Source: Candidatus Falkowbacteria bacterium
GTDB taxonomy: Bacteria; Patescibacteriota; Patescibacteriia; Patescibacteriales; UBA12465
Direction of reading: 5' to 3'
Assembly: GCA_003554785.1 (NCBI GenBank)
Contig: PWHG01000084.1
Location: forward strand, 1-62,297
DNA: 62,297 bases
Made by a program: the position numbers and the translations under genes. This document shows positions 28,634 through 37,252 of the stretch, piece by piece. The notes beneath the pieces are model-generated. The model was given only the letters and a program-made list of their open reading frames with translations, had not been told where the DNA came from and did no database searches. Every line of letters starts with the position of its first letter. Position 1 is the first letter of the stretch.

Positions 28634-31600
28634 GTTTTGAGGATATGCTTTCTGATGACGAACACGAGACCGAACGTCCAGACGCCGATGACGCCGGCGA
28701 TGATACCGACAAGCGCGCCGCTCACACCGTCGTTGTCCGGTGCTTCATCGTCATCGCCGCCATTGTCACCGTTGCCGCCGTTGTCGCCGTTGTCGTTGCC
28801 GCCGCTGCCATCGATGGGGACGCATTCACCATTTTCTTCGTAATAACCTTCGTCGCAATCGAGCCGGTCTTGAGGTTCGACGGTGCTCTCCCACGGGAAT
28901 CCGACATAATCGGTCCAGTAGTGGGTGAGCAGCCTGTCGATGGACCCGGTGACATTGGTGTGTTGGCTCAGAAGGGTGTTATAGGTGAAAAACGCGCTGC
29001 CGACGATGCTGTCGAACTGGTTGTTGTAGCGCAGTTGTTCGAGGAGTTCGCTCGGGTCGCTCCAAGAGCCGTCGGCGTAGCGATAGAAGCCGTGGCCGAT
29101 AATCAGGTCGACACCGTGTTCCTCGGTCAGTTGCGCCCACCAAAGTGCGAGGTCGGCGTAGGGGGCCACGCTGTGGTCGAACTCCCAGTAGAGCTGCGGG
29201 TTGATATAGTGGAGCCAGCCTTCTTCCACCCATTTCTTGGTGTCAGCGTATTGGGCGCGGTAGGATGAGAGTGCGCCGGGGGAAGTGTTCGAGCCGCCGT
29301 CTTCCTGCTGGTTGCTCGCCCAGATGCCGAAGGGGCTGATGCCGAACTTGACATGGGCGCCGGTGGTGGTGTTGTGGTCCTCAATCTGATAGAAAAGGTC
29401 CCGGACCAATATATCCACATTCTCACGGCGCCAGTCATGAAGATCGAGATTGTTGTGGTTTTCGCGGCTGTAGGCGCCGGAATCCTGTGCATTGGACATG
29501 CCGCCGTAACTATAGAAATAGTCGTCGAAATGGATGCCGTCGATATCGTAGTTGTCCATCAGTTCCTGGACGATGTTGTAGATATGTTCGCGGACTTCGG
29601 GTTCGCCTGGATTGAGGATGAGTCTGTCGTTATGATCCTGAATGACCAGGTGGGGATTCAGTTTCGCGAAGTTGTCATCATGAAGCGCGGAAAGCTGGCT
29701 TGCCTTGGAACCGGTTCCCGAGGAGACACGATAAGGGTTCAACCAGGCATGGAGCTCGATGCCTCGAAGATGGGCCTGTTCGATGATGAAGGCAAGGACA
29801 TCCCAGCCCGGATCTTCGCCCTCGGTACCGGTCAGATACCTTGAGAAGGGGGCGTACTCGGAATCATAGAACGCATCGTTCATCGGTCTGACCTGGAAGA
29901 AGATGGTGTTGAAATTGTGGGCGGCGATCCGATCGAGCATGGTGATGATCTCTTCTTTGTAGCCCGCTTCGTCCTGATGCAGGCCGATATCGATATTGAA
30001 GACGGTCGCGACCCAGATGGCGCGGATCTCCGCATCGCGTTCGGCATAGGTCGGCAAGGCGATTGGAACATCGGAATTGTAGTAGGTGACCTGTTCGCCG
30101 TTGCGGATGACCCAGGGGATATCCTCGGAGACCGGAAGGTTCATCCGAATCCGTTCGGTGTAGACTTCTGTCTCGTTGCCGGCCTTATCGGCGGCGTAAT
30201 ATTCCAGGGTGAAGGTGACGCTGGTCGCTAGGAATATCGGTTCGTCGTAGACGGCCCACGAACTCCAGGTGCGACCGTTGTGCAACCGGTAATAAACGGT
30301 GTCGTCGCTTTCGATTTCCAGATCGAACGCCTCGGTATAATACCAGCCGTCAAAATCGGCGTCGGTGATGATCAGGGGTTGTTCGGGCGGGGTCTGGTCG
30401 ATGGTGATGGTCTCACTCACGGTATTCTCACAGCCGGTGGCGTTTCTCACGGTGATGGTATGGGTGCCCTCCTGGTCGAAGACGAGCGGGGATGTATAGC
30501 TCACCCAGGCGCCATCGTCGATACGGAACTCGACAGCGGGGGCCTCATGGTCGATGCTGAGTGTGAGCGACTTGTAGTAAGGATGGGTGCCGTCGCCGTC
30601 GAAGAGGAAAGTGGCCGGCGCATAACACTCCTCGACGATTTTGAACCCGTAGGTCACGGTTTCACTCTCGACACCCTCGTCGTCGATGGTCTTCGCACGG
30701 ATGAAATAGCTGCCGAGTGAATCAAGGACGATCGGTCCGGTGTAAGGTTGGAACTCGCCGATTGAGCCATGGTTGATGGCGACAAGGATGGTGTCGATGT
30801 CGGCGCTCAAAGTCAGCGAGGAGCCGATGACATAATCGTCGCCGACACTGTTGCCGACGACTTCGATATGGGGGACGGCCGTGTTTTGTTTGTCGATGTC
30901 GATGGTGGCGCTTCGGATGAGACTTTGTTCGCCCTCGCTGTCGGTCGCCCGCACATAAAGAACGTAACTGCCGTTTTCGGTGATTTCGAACGGCTCGTCA
31001 TAAAGGTGCCAGTCGCCCGAACCGAGACGGTAGTGGATGGTGTGTTCGGAATGGAGGGTCACGGTCACGTTGCTGTGATAGCTGCCATTGACAAGGTCCC
31101 CGTCCAGGCTGACTGTCGGCGCTTCGACCGAACTTTCCTGCCACACGCTCAAGGGACGCTCCGTCCAGTAGGAACCTGAGACGGTGTTCATGTTGGTGCC
31201 GTTCAGGAAAGACGCCGAGTACATGATTGACCCGGTGATTTCAGGATATTTCTGGTTGTAAAGAAGCTGTGTGGCGATTTCATCGTCGAGCCAGTTGTGC
31301 GCATTGGCGATCGAATGCCCGATGATCAGGTCGACATCGGTGCCCCGGGTGATATCGGCCCACCAGTCGACCACGTCCGCATAGGGTGCGAGACTGTGGT
31401 TCATCGGCCAATAGACCTGTGGATTGATGTAGTGGACCCATTCTTCTTCCACCCAGCGCTTGGAATCCGCATACTGCGAAAGCAGACTCGACAAGGCGAA
31501 CTGCGAGGTGTTCGACCCGCCGTCCACTTGACTATCGCTGGCCCAAAGACCGAAGGGACTGATGCCGAAACGCACCATCACATCATGAAGGTTGTTATGG

Positions 31601-32445
31601 GCATCAACCGCTTCTTTGACGCCTCTGACGACGTCGTTAACCTGCTCGACACGGAATTCGGCGAGCGTCTGTCCGTCTTCTTTGTAGGTATCATAGGTAT
31701 CGTGGTCGGAATCGATGCCCGAGTACGGATAGAAGTAATCATCGAAATGGATGCCGTCGACCGAGTACTTATCCATCAGTTCCTCGACCACATCAACGAT
31801 GTATTGTTTGACCGCCGGTTCGCCAGGGTTCAGGATATAGGAATAGATGCCGTCATTGTTCGGTTTGCTCGGAACGACGAGGTCGGGATTCTGCACGGCG
31901 AAATTGTCATTGTGAAGGGTGTTGAGGTAATCGTTTTTGTTCATGGATGAGTTGCCGACACGGTAGGGATTCATCCAGGCATGGAACTCGATGCCGTTTT
32001 GATGGGCGGTCTCGATCATGTATTCCATCACGTCCCATCCGGGATCCTGGCCTTCGGTACCGGTCAGCCAGCGGCTCCAGGTCGCATAGTCCGATTCGTA
32101 GAATGCGTCGTTTTGCGGACGCACCTGGAACAAGATCGCGTTCATGTTGTTGGCGAGCATGTCGGCGATCACCTGGTCATAGGCGTCTTTGTATTGTACC
32201 TCGGAGGTGTGTTGCGGCATGTTGATGTTCCAGACGGTCGCGACCCATACGCCGCGCATCTCGGAATCCTGTTCCTCATAGGCCTTTGGAATCATCACCG
32301 GGTCGCTGCTATTAAAGTGATAGATGTTTTGATCGTTTCTGACAAGTGGTTCGAGGGTGCTGCCCGCATCCAGGTTCGCCGCGCCGACGATGAGGGTGGC
32401 GATGAAGATGAGCAGGGCGGCGATCATGATTGTATATTTCTTCAT
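28630..32445 (-). CDS. 1271-aa surface protein with two GHL10 (DUF187, YddW/DigH/YngK-like) glycosidase-like modules
   Basis: Signal-like N-terminus. Module 1: MRGVWVATVWNINMP...FQVRPQNDAFYES...IEFHAWMNPYRV. Ig-like middle region. Module 2: IRAIWVATVFNIDIG...FQVRPMNDAFYDS...IELHAWLNPYRV. Then a G/D/N-rich linker and a C-terminal TM anchor. Confidence 0.8.
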   Translation of the reverse strand: MKKYTIMIAALLIFIATLIVGAANLDAGSTLEPLVRNDQNIYHFNSSDPVMIPKAYEEQDSEMRGVWVATVWNINMPQHTSEVQYKDAYDQVIADMLANNMNAILFQVRPQNDAFYESDYATWSRWLTGTEGQDPGWDVMEYMIETAHQNGIEFHAWMNPYRVGNSSMNKNDYLNTLHNDNFAVQNPDLVVPSKPNNDGIYSYILNPGEPAVKQYIVDVVEELMDKYSVDGIHFDDYFYPYSGIDSDHDTYDTYKEDGQTLAEFRVEQVNDVVRGVKEAVDAHNNLHDVMVRFGISPFGLWASDSQVDGGSNTSQFALSSLLSQYADSKRWVEEEWVHYINPQVYWPMNHSLAPYADVVDWWADITRGTDVDLIIGHSIANAHNWLDDEIATQLLYNQKYPEITGSIMYSASFLNGTNMNTVSGSYWTERPLSVWQESSVEAPTVSLDGDLVNGSYHSNVTVTLHSEHTIHYRLGSGDWHLYDEPFEITENGSYVLYVRATDSEGEQSLIRSATIDIDKQNTAVPHIEVVGNSVGDDYVIGSSLTLSADIDTILVAINHGSIGEFQPYTGPIVLDSLGSYFIRAKTIDDEGVESETVTYGFKIVEECYAPATFLFDGDGTHPYYKSLTLSIDHEAPAVEFRIDDGAWVSYTSPLVFDQEGTHTITVRNATGCENTVSETITIDQTPPEQPLIITDADFDGWYYTEAFDLEIESDDTVYYRLHNGRTWSSWAVYDEPIFLATSVTFTLEYYAADKAGNETEVYTERIRMNLPVSEDIPWVIRNGEQVTYYNSDVPIALPTYAERDAEIRAIWVATVFNIDIGLHQDEAGYKEEIITMLDRIAAHNFNTIFFQVRPMNDAFYDSEYAPFSRYLTGTEGEDPGWDVLAFIIEQAHLRGIELHAWLNPYRVSSGTGSKASQLSALHDDNFAKLNPHLVIQDHNDRLILNPGEPEVREHIYNIVQELMDNYDIDGIHFDDYFYSYGGMSNAQDSGAYSRENHNNLDLHDWRRENVDILVRDLFYQIEDHNTTTGAHVKFGISPFGIWASNQQEDGGSNTSPGALSSYRAQYADTKKWVEEGWLHYINPQLYWEFDHSVAPYADLALWWAQLTEEHGVDLIIGHGFYRYADGSWSDPSELLEQLRYNNQFDSIVGSAFFTYNTLLSQHTNVTGSIDRLLTHYWTDYVGFPWESTVEPQDRLDCDEGYYEENGECVPIDGSGGNDNGDNGGNGDNGGDDDEAPDNDGVSGALVGIIAGVIGVWTFGLVFVIRKHILKT

Positions 32446-33662
32446 TTTATTTCACCTTTTGTAAGCAGTTTTTTGATGTTGGAAAGGCCGGGTTTGGGTG
32501 CGCCTTCATCGACGAAGGTCTTGAAGGTGAAAAACACGTTGCCTTTCACGGTGTCGTGCGCGTTGGTGAATTTGAGCTGGTTGACGACCTCGCGCGGATT
32601 TTCGAACTCACCTTCTTGGCCCTGTCGGTAGGCCGCATGGCCGATATAAAGATCGACGGGACTGTCTTCACAGACGTCCACCCAGAATTTGAGGATGTCG
32701 GCGAAGGGCGCGATCGGGTGACCGAATTCCCAGTAGATCTGCGGCACGATATAGTCGACCATGCCCGCTTTCACCCACCGGTAGGAATCGGCATACTGAT
32801 TGTCATAGCTCTCCGAACACTTCGGATCGGTATTCGACCCTTTCTCATCATTCACGCGGTTGCGCCAGATACCGAAGGGGCTGACACCGAAACGCAGGTT
32901 CTTGTCGACATTCTTGATGGCCTTGTGGACACGGTCGATGACGTCAGTGACGTGCATGCGTCTGAAATCCCCGAGGGTTTGCGTCTCGTCATCGCGGGCT
33001 GCGTAATCCGCGCTGTCATCGGCGGCGGGGTCGAGGCCGGCGTAAGGATAGAAGTAATCATCCCAGTGGATGGCATCGATGTCATAGTTCTCGGCGATTT
33101 CGACCATGGAATCAACGATGAACTGCTTGACGGCTTCACGCGCCGGATTCATGATGATCTGGCCCTTGGTGTCGAGCAGGAGGTGTTCTGGATGACGCTT
33201 GGCGAAATTCAGGTCGTCACAGGCTTTCAGATAGTCTTCCATGTCCAGTTGGCTTTGCATCGATACACGGTAGGGATTGCACCAGGCATGGAACTCGAGA
33301 TTACGGCGGCGCGCTTCGCTGATGACGAAGTTCATCGCGTCGAAGGGCGGCTCTTTACCCTCTTCGCCCGTGAGGTAACGACTGTAAGGATTCAGTTTTG
33401 ATGCGTAGAATGCGTCATTGGTGGTCCGCACATGGAAAATCACGGCATTCAGGTTGAACTCGACGCAGGTATCAAGCATTCTGATGACGGCGGCCTTGTA
33501 TTTTTCGGGGTCCTCGGTCGTGGGCATATCGATGTTGACGACATTCGAGACCCACATGGCCCGGAAGGGTTTTTCACTGTATTTCCCGGGAATTTCGACT
33601 TGTTTGCCGGTACCGTAGTAGACGACCGGTTCGGTTTCGTTTTTGTACTTGTAAAGTTTCAT
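32442..33662 (-). CDS. GHL10 (DUF187) glycosidase-like protein, no signal peptide
   Basis: The ORF track starts at 33674 (GTG abutting the RBS). I prefer the ATG at 33662 (MKLYKYK...). Motifs FRAMWVSNVVNIDMP, FHVRTTNDAFYAS and LEFHAWCNPYRV. Confidence 0.8.
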   Translation of the reverse strand: MKLYKYKNETEPVVYYGTGKQVEIPGKYSEKPFRAMWVSNVVNIDMPTTEDPEKYKAAVIRMLDTCVEFNLNAVIFHVRTTNDAFYASKLNPYSRYLTGEEGKEPPFDAMNFVISEARRRNLEFHAWCNPYRVSMQSQLDMEDYLKACDDLNFAKRHPEHLLLDTKGQIIMNPAREAVKQFIVDSMVEIAENYDIDAIHWDDYFYPYAGLDPAADDSADYAARDDETQTLGDFRRMHVTDVIDRVHKAIKNVDKNLRFGVSPFGIWRNRVNDEKGSNTDPKCSESYDNQYADSYRWVKAGMVDYIVPQIYWEFGHPIAPFADILKFWVDVCEDSPVDLYIGHAAYRQGQEGEFENPREVVNQLKFTNAHDTVKGNVFFTFKTFVDEGAPKPGLSNIKKLLTKGEIK

Positions 33663-33677
33663 GATCGCATGCACTCC

Positions 33678-34988
33678 TTATTCGTAGTAGTAGGATAGGT
33701 AAGGTTTATGGGCGTCTTTCAGTTTTTCGAAAACGGTTTTCGCGGTTTCGATGGATCTTGTCAGGGGATGGATTTGCAAGGCGAGCAGGGCTTTGTCGAG
33801 ATCGCGTTCATGGATCGCATCACAAAGCAGTTCCTCGAAATCCTTCATCGAGCGCACAAGGCCACGGATGGAAGGTGGAAGGCCGCCGATATGGACCGGA
33901 AGCGGCCCGTGTCTGGTGATGCGGGCGGTGACTTCGATGGCGCATCCGTTGGGAAGGTCGGTGATATGGCCGTTGTTGATGGTGTTGATCACCTGATAAT
34001 CCCGCTTGTCGTTATGGATGGAATCGATGATGTTGCATGCGGCGTCACTATAATAGGCGCCGCCCCGTTGTTCGAGTTCTTTCGGTTTCGTATCGAGGGT
34101 CAGATCCTTGTATTTCTCGAAAAGACTCTTTTCAAGCCGCATGACGGTCTCGGCGCGGGTCTCGCCTTTGCCGTAGTGCGCCATCGCTTTTTCGAACATC
34201 TCGTCATAGCGGTAGAAATACTTGTGATAGGGACTCGGATAGACAGACAGCGCGGTGAGGAACTCGTGTGACCAGGCGAGCGGATCGATGTTGTTCATCG
34301 TCATCTGTTTGTCTTTCACGTTGTCGATGAGCTTTTTCAGCTGATCCTTGCTGCGCTTATAGACATGGAAAACGTAGGAAAGGTGGTTCAGTCCGCCGAA
34401 ATAAGGAATCAGCTGGTGCGGTTTCGTGTTCAGCACTTCGGCGAAATGGGTGGTCATGTTGATGGGCACGTTGCATACGCCGATGTAGCGTTCGAAATCG
34501 GTGTGGCGGAACACCGCTTCGCTGACGATGCCGGCGGGGTTGGTGAAATTGATCAGCCACGCCTGGGGACAAAGGGTCTTCATCTGTTCGATGATTTCAT
34601 AGATGACCGGCACGGTTCTAAGCGCTTTGAAGACGCCGCCGGCGCCATTGGTTTCCTGACCGAGCATGCCGTGTTCGAAGGGGATGCGTTCATCATGGAC
34701 ACGCGCGGCAAGCTGGCCGACCCGAAACTGGGTGGTCACGAAGTCCGCATCTTCGAGGGCTTTTCGCCTGTTTAAAGTCATATGGACCTCGATCGGGACC
34801 CCCGCTTTTTCGACCATGCGCTTCGCGAGATTGCCGACGATGTCCAGTTTTTCCTTGCCTTCTTCGATGTCGACAAGCCAGATTTCGCTGACAGGAAGTT
34901 CCTTATGACGCTTGATGAATCCTTCGATCAGTTCGGGCGTATAGCTCGAACCGCCACCGATTGTCGCAATTTTCAATCCTTTTTTCAT
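33678..34988 (-). CDS. GH4 family glycosidase (6-phospho-beta-glucosidase/ChbF-CelF-like)
   Basis: N-terminal KIATIGGGSSYTPELI Rossmann motif and NFTNPAG. The ATG at 34988 overlaps the upstream stop (ATGA). Confidence 0.8.
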   Translation of the reverse strand: MKKGLKIATIGGGSSYTPELIEGFIKRHKELPVSEIWLVDIEEGKEKLDIVGNLAKRMVEKAGVPIEVHMTLNRRKALEDADFVTTQFRVGQLAARVHDERIPFEHGMLGQETNGAGGVFKALRTVPVIYEIIEQMKTLCPQAWLINFTNPAGIVSEAVFRHTDFERYIGVCNVPINMTTHFAEVLNTKPHQLIPYFGGLNHLSYVFHVYKRSKDQLKKLIDNVKDKQMTMNNIDPLAWSHEFLTALSVYPSPYHKYFYRYDEMFEKAMAHYGKGETRAETVMRLEKSLFEKYKDLTLDTKPKELEQRGGAYYSDAACNIIDSIHNDKRDYQVINTINNGHITDLPNGCAIEVTARITRHGPLPVHIGGLPPSIRGLVRSMKDFEELLCDAIHERDLDKALLALQIHPLTRSIETAKTVFEKLKDAHKPYLSYYYE

Positions 34989-35965
34989 AAACCACAACCA
35001 CTTTCCATTAGGTTTTTTTCTATTGTCTTATCCTGCTTGATGCCGAGTTCGTCAAGGCCGCTCAGATAGGCACCGGTCATCGGGTTGAATTTCGGTCTCA
35101 CCACATGGGCGGCGGGACATTCTTCCTTGAGTATTTTTCTGAAGGTGTTCATCAGGGGTGTCTTTTCATCACCGAAGACCCTTCCGCCGACGACGACGGG
35201 GGCGTTTTCGGTATCGATGCCGACTTGACGCATCACACCTGCGGTCTGTCTGGCGATGAAGGTCGCGATCCGTGTCAGAATCTCCACCGAAACCGGATCG
35301 CCTTTCGCCGCCGCCTCATACACTAGGCCAGTGATGCTTCCGTAGGTCTTTTTGTCTATCTTCTGCTTCGGATAAAGCAGGTCGACGACCGCTTCCATCG
35401 ATGATACCCCGAGCAATGCGGGGATGGTTGTTTTGAGCACGGTGTCCCGGTAGGTCAGTTCATCGGCCCTGAAGGCGTAATGGAGGCCTTCTCTGGCGAT
35501 GTCGAGGCCGCCGCCGTAGATGCCGAGGGTGTAGCCCAAAGAACGTAGGATGGCGCGTTTTCCTTCTTTGTTGATGGCGGCGGCGTTGGTGCCGGTACCG
35601 CTGATCGCCACCGCGCCATAGGGTTTTGAAAGCCCGCTTCTTAGAACCAGCCAGGCATCGTTGACCACCCTGAAGGGGATGGTGCCGAACATAGTCTCAC
35701 AAGCGGCTTCAAGCTTGATGAAGTCCGATTCGAGATCGGCCCCCGAAAGCCCCAGGAAGACATAGTCGATATCCCCGGCGACGAGTCCGAGTGTCTCAAG
35801 TGCGTCATCGAACAATCCTTTCAGCACACGATCGAAATGTCTGCCGTCCGAAGAAGCGTGATTGCTTCCTTTTCCGAGCGTCTCATAAAGCAGGCGGCCC
35901 CGGTCGTCGAACACGCCGAGGTGGGTCTTGGTACCGCCGCCGTCTATCGCGATAATTCTTTTCAT
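34985..35965 (-). CDS. BadF-type sugar kinase (second copy)
   Basis: 326 aa, IAIDGGGTKT and ISGTGTNA motifs. Overlaps anmK by 4 nt. Confidence 0.8.
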   Translation of the reverse strand: MKRIIAIDGGGTKTHLGVFDDRGRLLYETLGKGSNHASSDGRHFDRVLKGLFDDALETLGLVAGDIDYVFLGLSGADLESDFIKLEAACETMFGTIPFRVVNDAWLVLRSGLSKPYGAVAISGTGTNAAAINKEGKRAILRSLGYTLGIYGGGLDIAREGLHYAFRADELTYRDTVLKTTIPALLGVSSMEAVVDLLYPKQKIDKKTYGSITGLVYEAAAKGDPVSVEILTRIATFIARQTAGVMRQVGIDTENAPVVVGGRVFGDEKTPLMNTFRKILKEECPAAHVVRPKFNPMTGAYLSGLDELGIKQDKTIEKNLMESGCGL

Positions 35966-37125
35966 AATGTCTCCTTTTCATCAAAGTAGTGATGGATTGT
36001 GCCGAGAATCACTGCCTGTTTCGCGCCGGTCGCACGCGTCACATTGCTCGGCAGGCCCGAAAGAGTCTCATTGGCGAGGATGATGAAGGCGGCCGCTTCC
36101 TTGTTGTCTTTGTCGATACCGTTTTTATCGAATGTCTTCACGCGGACCGAAGGCATCATCGTTTTCAGCGTCTCCATCAGGAAGCGGTTGGATGCGCCGC
36201 CGCCGGAGAAGAGGATTTCTTTGATGTCATAATATGGGAAAACGTATTGTTCATAAGCGTCGCGGATGCTGCACGCGGTGAACATGGTGAGCGTCCTGAT
36301 GATGTCATCGGGATAATGGTTTTCGAGGTAGGGGGTGATGATCCTGCGGGTTGCGTCATCGCCGAAAAGCTCGCGCCCGGTGGATTTCGGGGGTTTTTGG
36401 AGGAGGTAGGGATGATGCATCAGTGCCCCCATGAGCGTATCGATCATCATACCTTTTGCAGCGTGGGCACCGTCATTGTCATAAGGTTTCCCATAAAGCA
36501 TCCCCATGGCCTGATCGATCATCATGTTCGCGGGACCGGTGTCGAAGGCCAGCACATCGTCTAAGCGATTCGAGCCGGGGACGACGGTCAGATTGGAGAT
36601 TCCGCCGAGATTGTGAAGGGCGATGTCCCTGCCCTCGTGGGCGAAAAGGACGAAATCGGCATAGGGAACAAGCGGTGCGCCCTGCCCGCCCTGAGCGACG
36701 TCGGCCGCTCTGAAGTTCGCGACCACGGTCTTTTTCAGCCGGTTGGCGATGACGGCGCTTTCTCCGATTTGCAGTGTCGAAGGTACGCCTTCCTTTTCGT
36801 CGCCGATGTGATAGAGCGTCTGACCGTGAGAGGCGACGAAGTCAACCGAATCAAGTGCGATGCCGGCGATTTCGCACAATCGTACGCAGGCGGCGGCGAA
36901 CGCTTCACCGAGTTCCACGTTTATTGAACAGATTTCATTCAGGGCCGCGGTCTTTTTTTCAATCATCGAGCGCAGCCGTTTTTCAAGATTTTTTTCAAAA
37001 GGAACGGTCGTCGAGCAGAGGATTTCCATTGACGTACCGGTGAAGTTGCCCTCGATATCGGCCATCACAACGTCGATTCCATCAAGTGATGTGCCACTCA
37101 TGATTCCAATACCGCGTCGTTTCAT
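35962..37125 (-). CDS. anmK: anhydro-N-acetylmuramic acid kinase
   Basis: 387 aa. GIMSGTSLDGIDV N-terminus and the overall UPF0075/AnmK pattern. AAGGAGG RBS. Confidence 0.9.
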   Translation of the reverse strand: MKRRGIGIMSGTSLDGIDVVMADIEGNFTGTSMEILCSTTVPFEKNLEKRLRSMIEKKTAALNEICSINVELGEAFAAACVRLCEIAGIALDSVDFVASHGQTLYHIGDEKEGVPSTLQIGESAVIANRLKKTVVANFRAADVAQGGQGAPLVPYADFVLFAHEGRDIALHNLGGISNLTVVPGSNRLDDVLAFDTGPANMMIDQAMGMLYGKPYDNDGAHAAKGMMIDTLMGALMHHPYLLQKPPKSTGRELFGDDATRRIITPYLENHYPDDIIRTLTMFTACSIRDAYEQYVFPYYDIKEILFSGGGASNRFLMETLKTMMPSVRVKTFDKNGIDKDNKEAAAFIILANETLSGLPSNVTRATGAKQAVILGTIHHYFDEKETL

Positions 37126-37154
37126 AGGTCGCCTCCTTCTTGCAATTCTTTCCC

Positions 37155-37198
37155 ATTATATATGATAAAATCATAAAATTGACAGAATGTAAGCGTTT
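37155..37198 (-). promoter_or_regulatory. candidate promoter/operator region of the anmK operon
   Basis: Minus-strand TATAAT (37155..37160) about 30 nt upstream of the anmK ATG, with a poor -35. The 15-bp palindrome TATGATAAAATCATA (37161..37175) fills the spacer. The motif TGTAAGCGTTT (37188..37198) matches the arms of the murR-promoter inverted repeat. Confidence 0.35.
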
Positions 37199-37218
37199 AG
37201 GTTGTTTTTTTCAGTTTC

Positions 37219-37249
37219 AAAAAAAAGCGGCGCTTTCACGTCGCTTTTT
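37219..37249 (-). terminator. terminator after murR
   Basis: AGCGGCG (37226..37232) / CGTCGCT (37239..37245), with one mismatch on the minus strand, followed there by a T8 run. Confidence 0.5.
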
Positions 37250-37252
37250 CGT

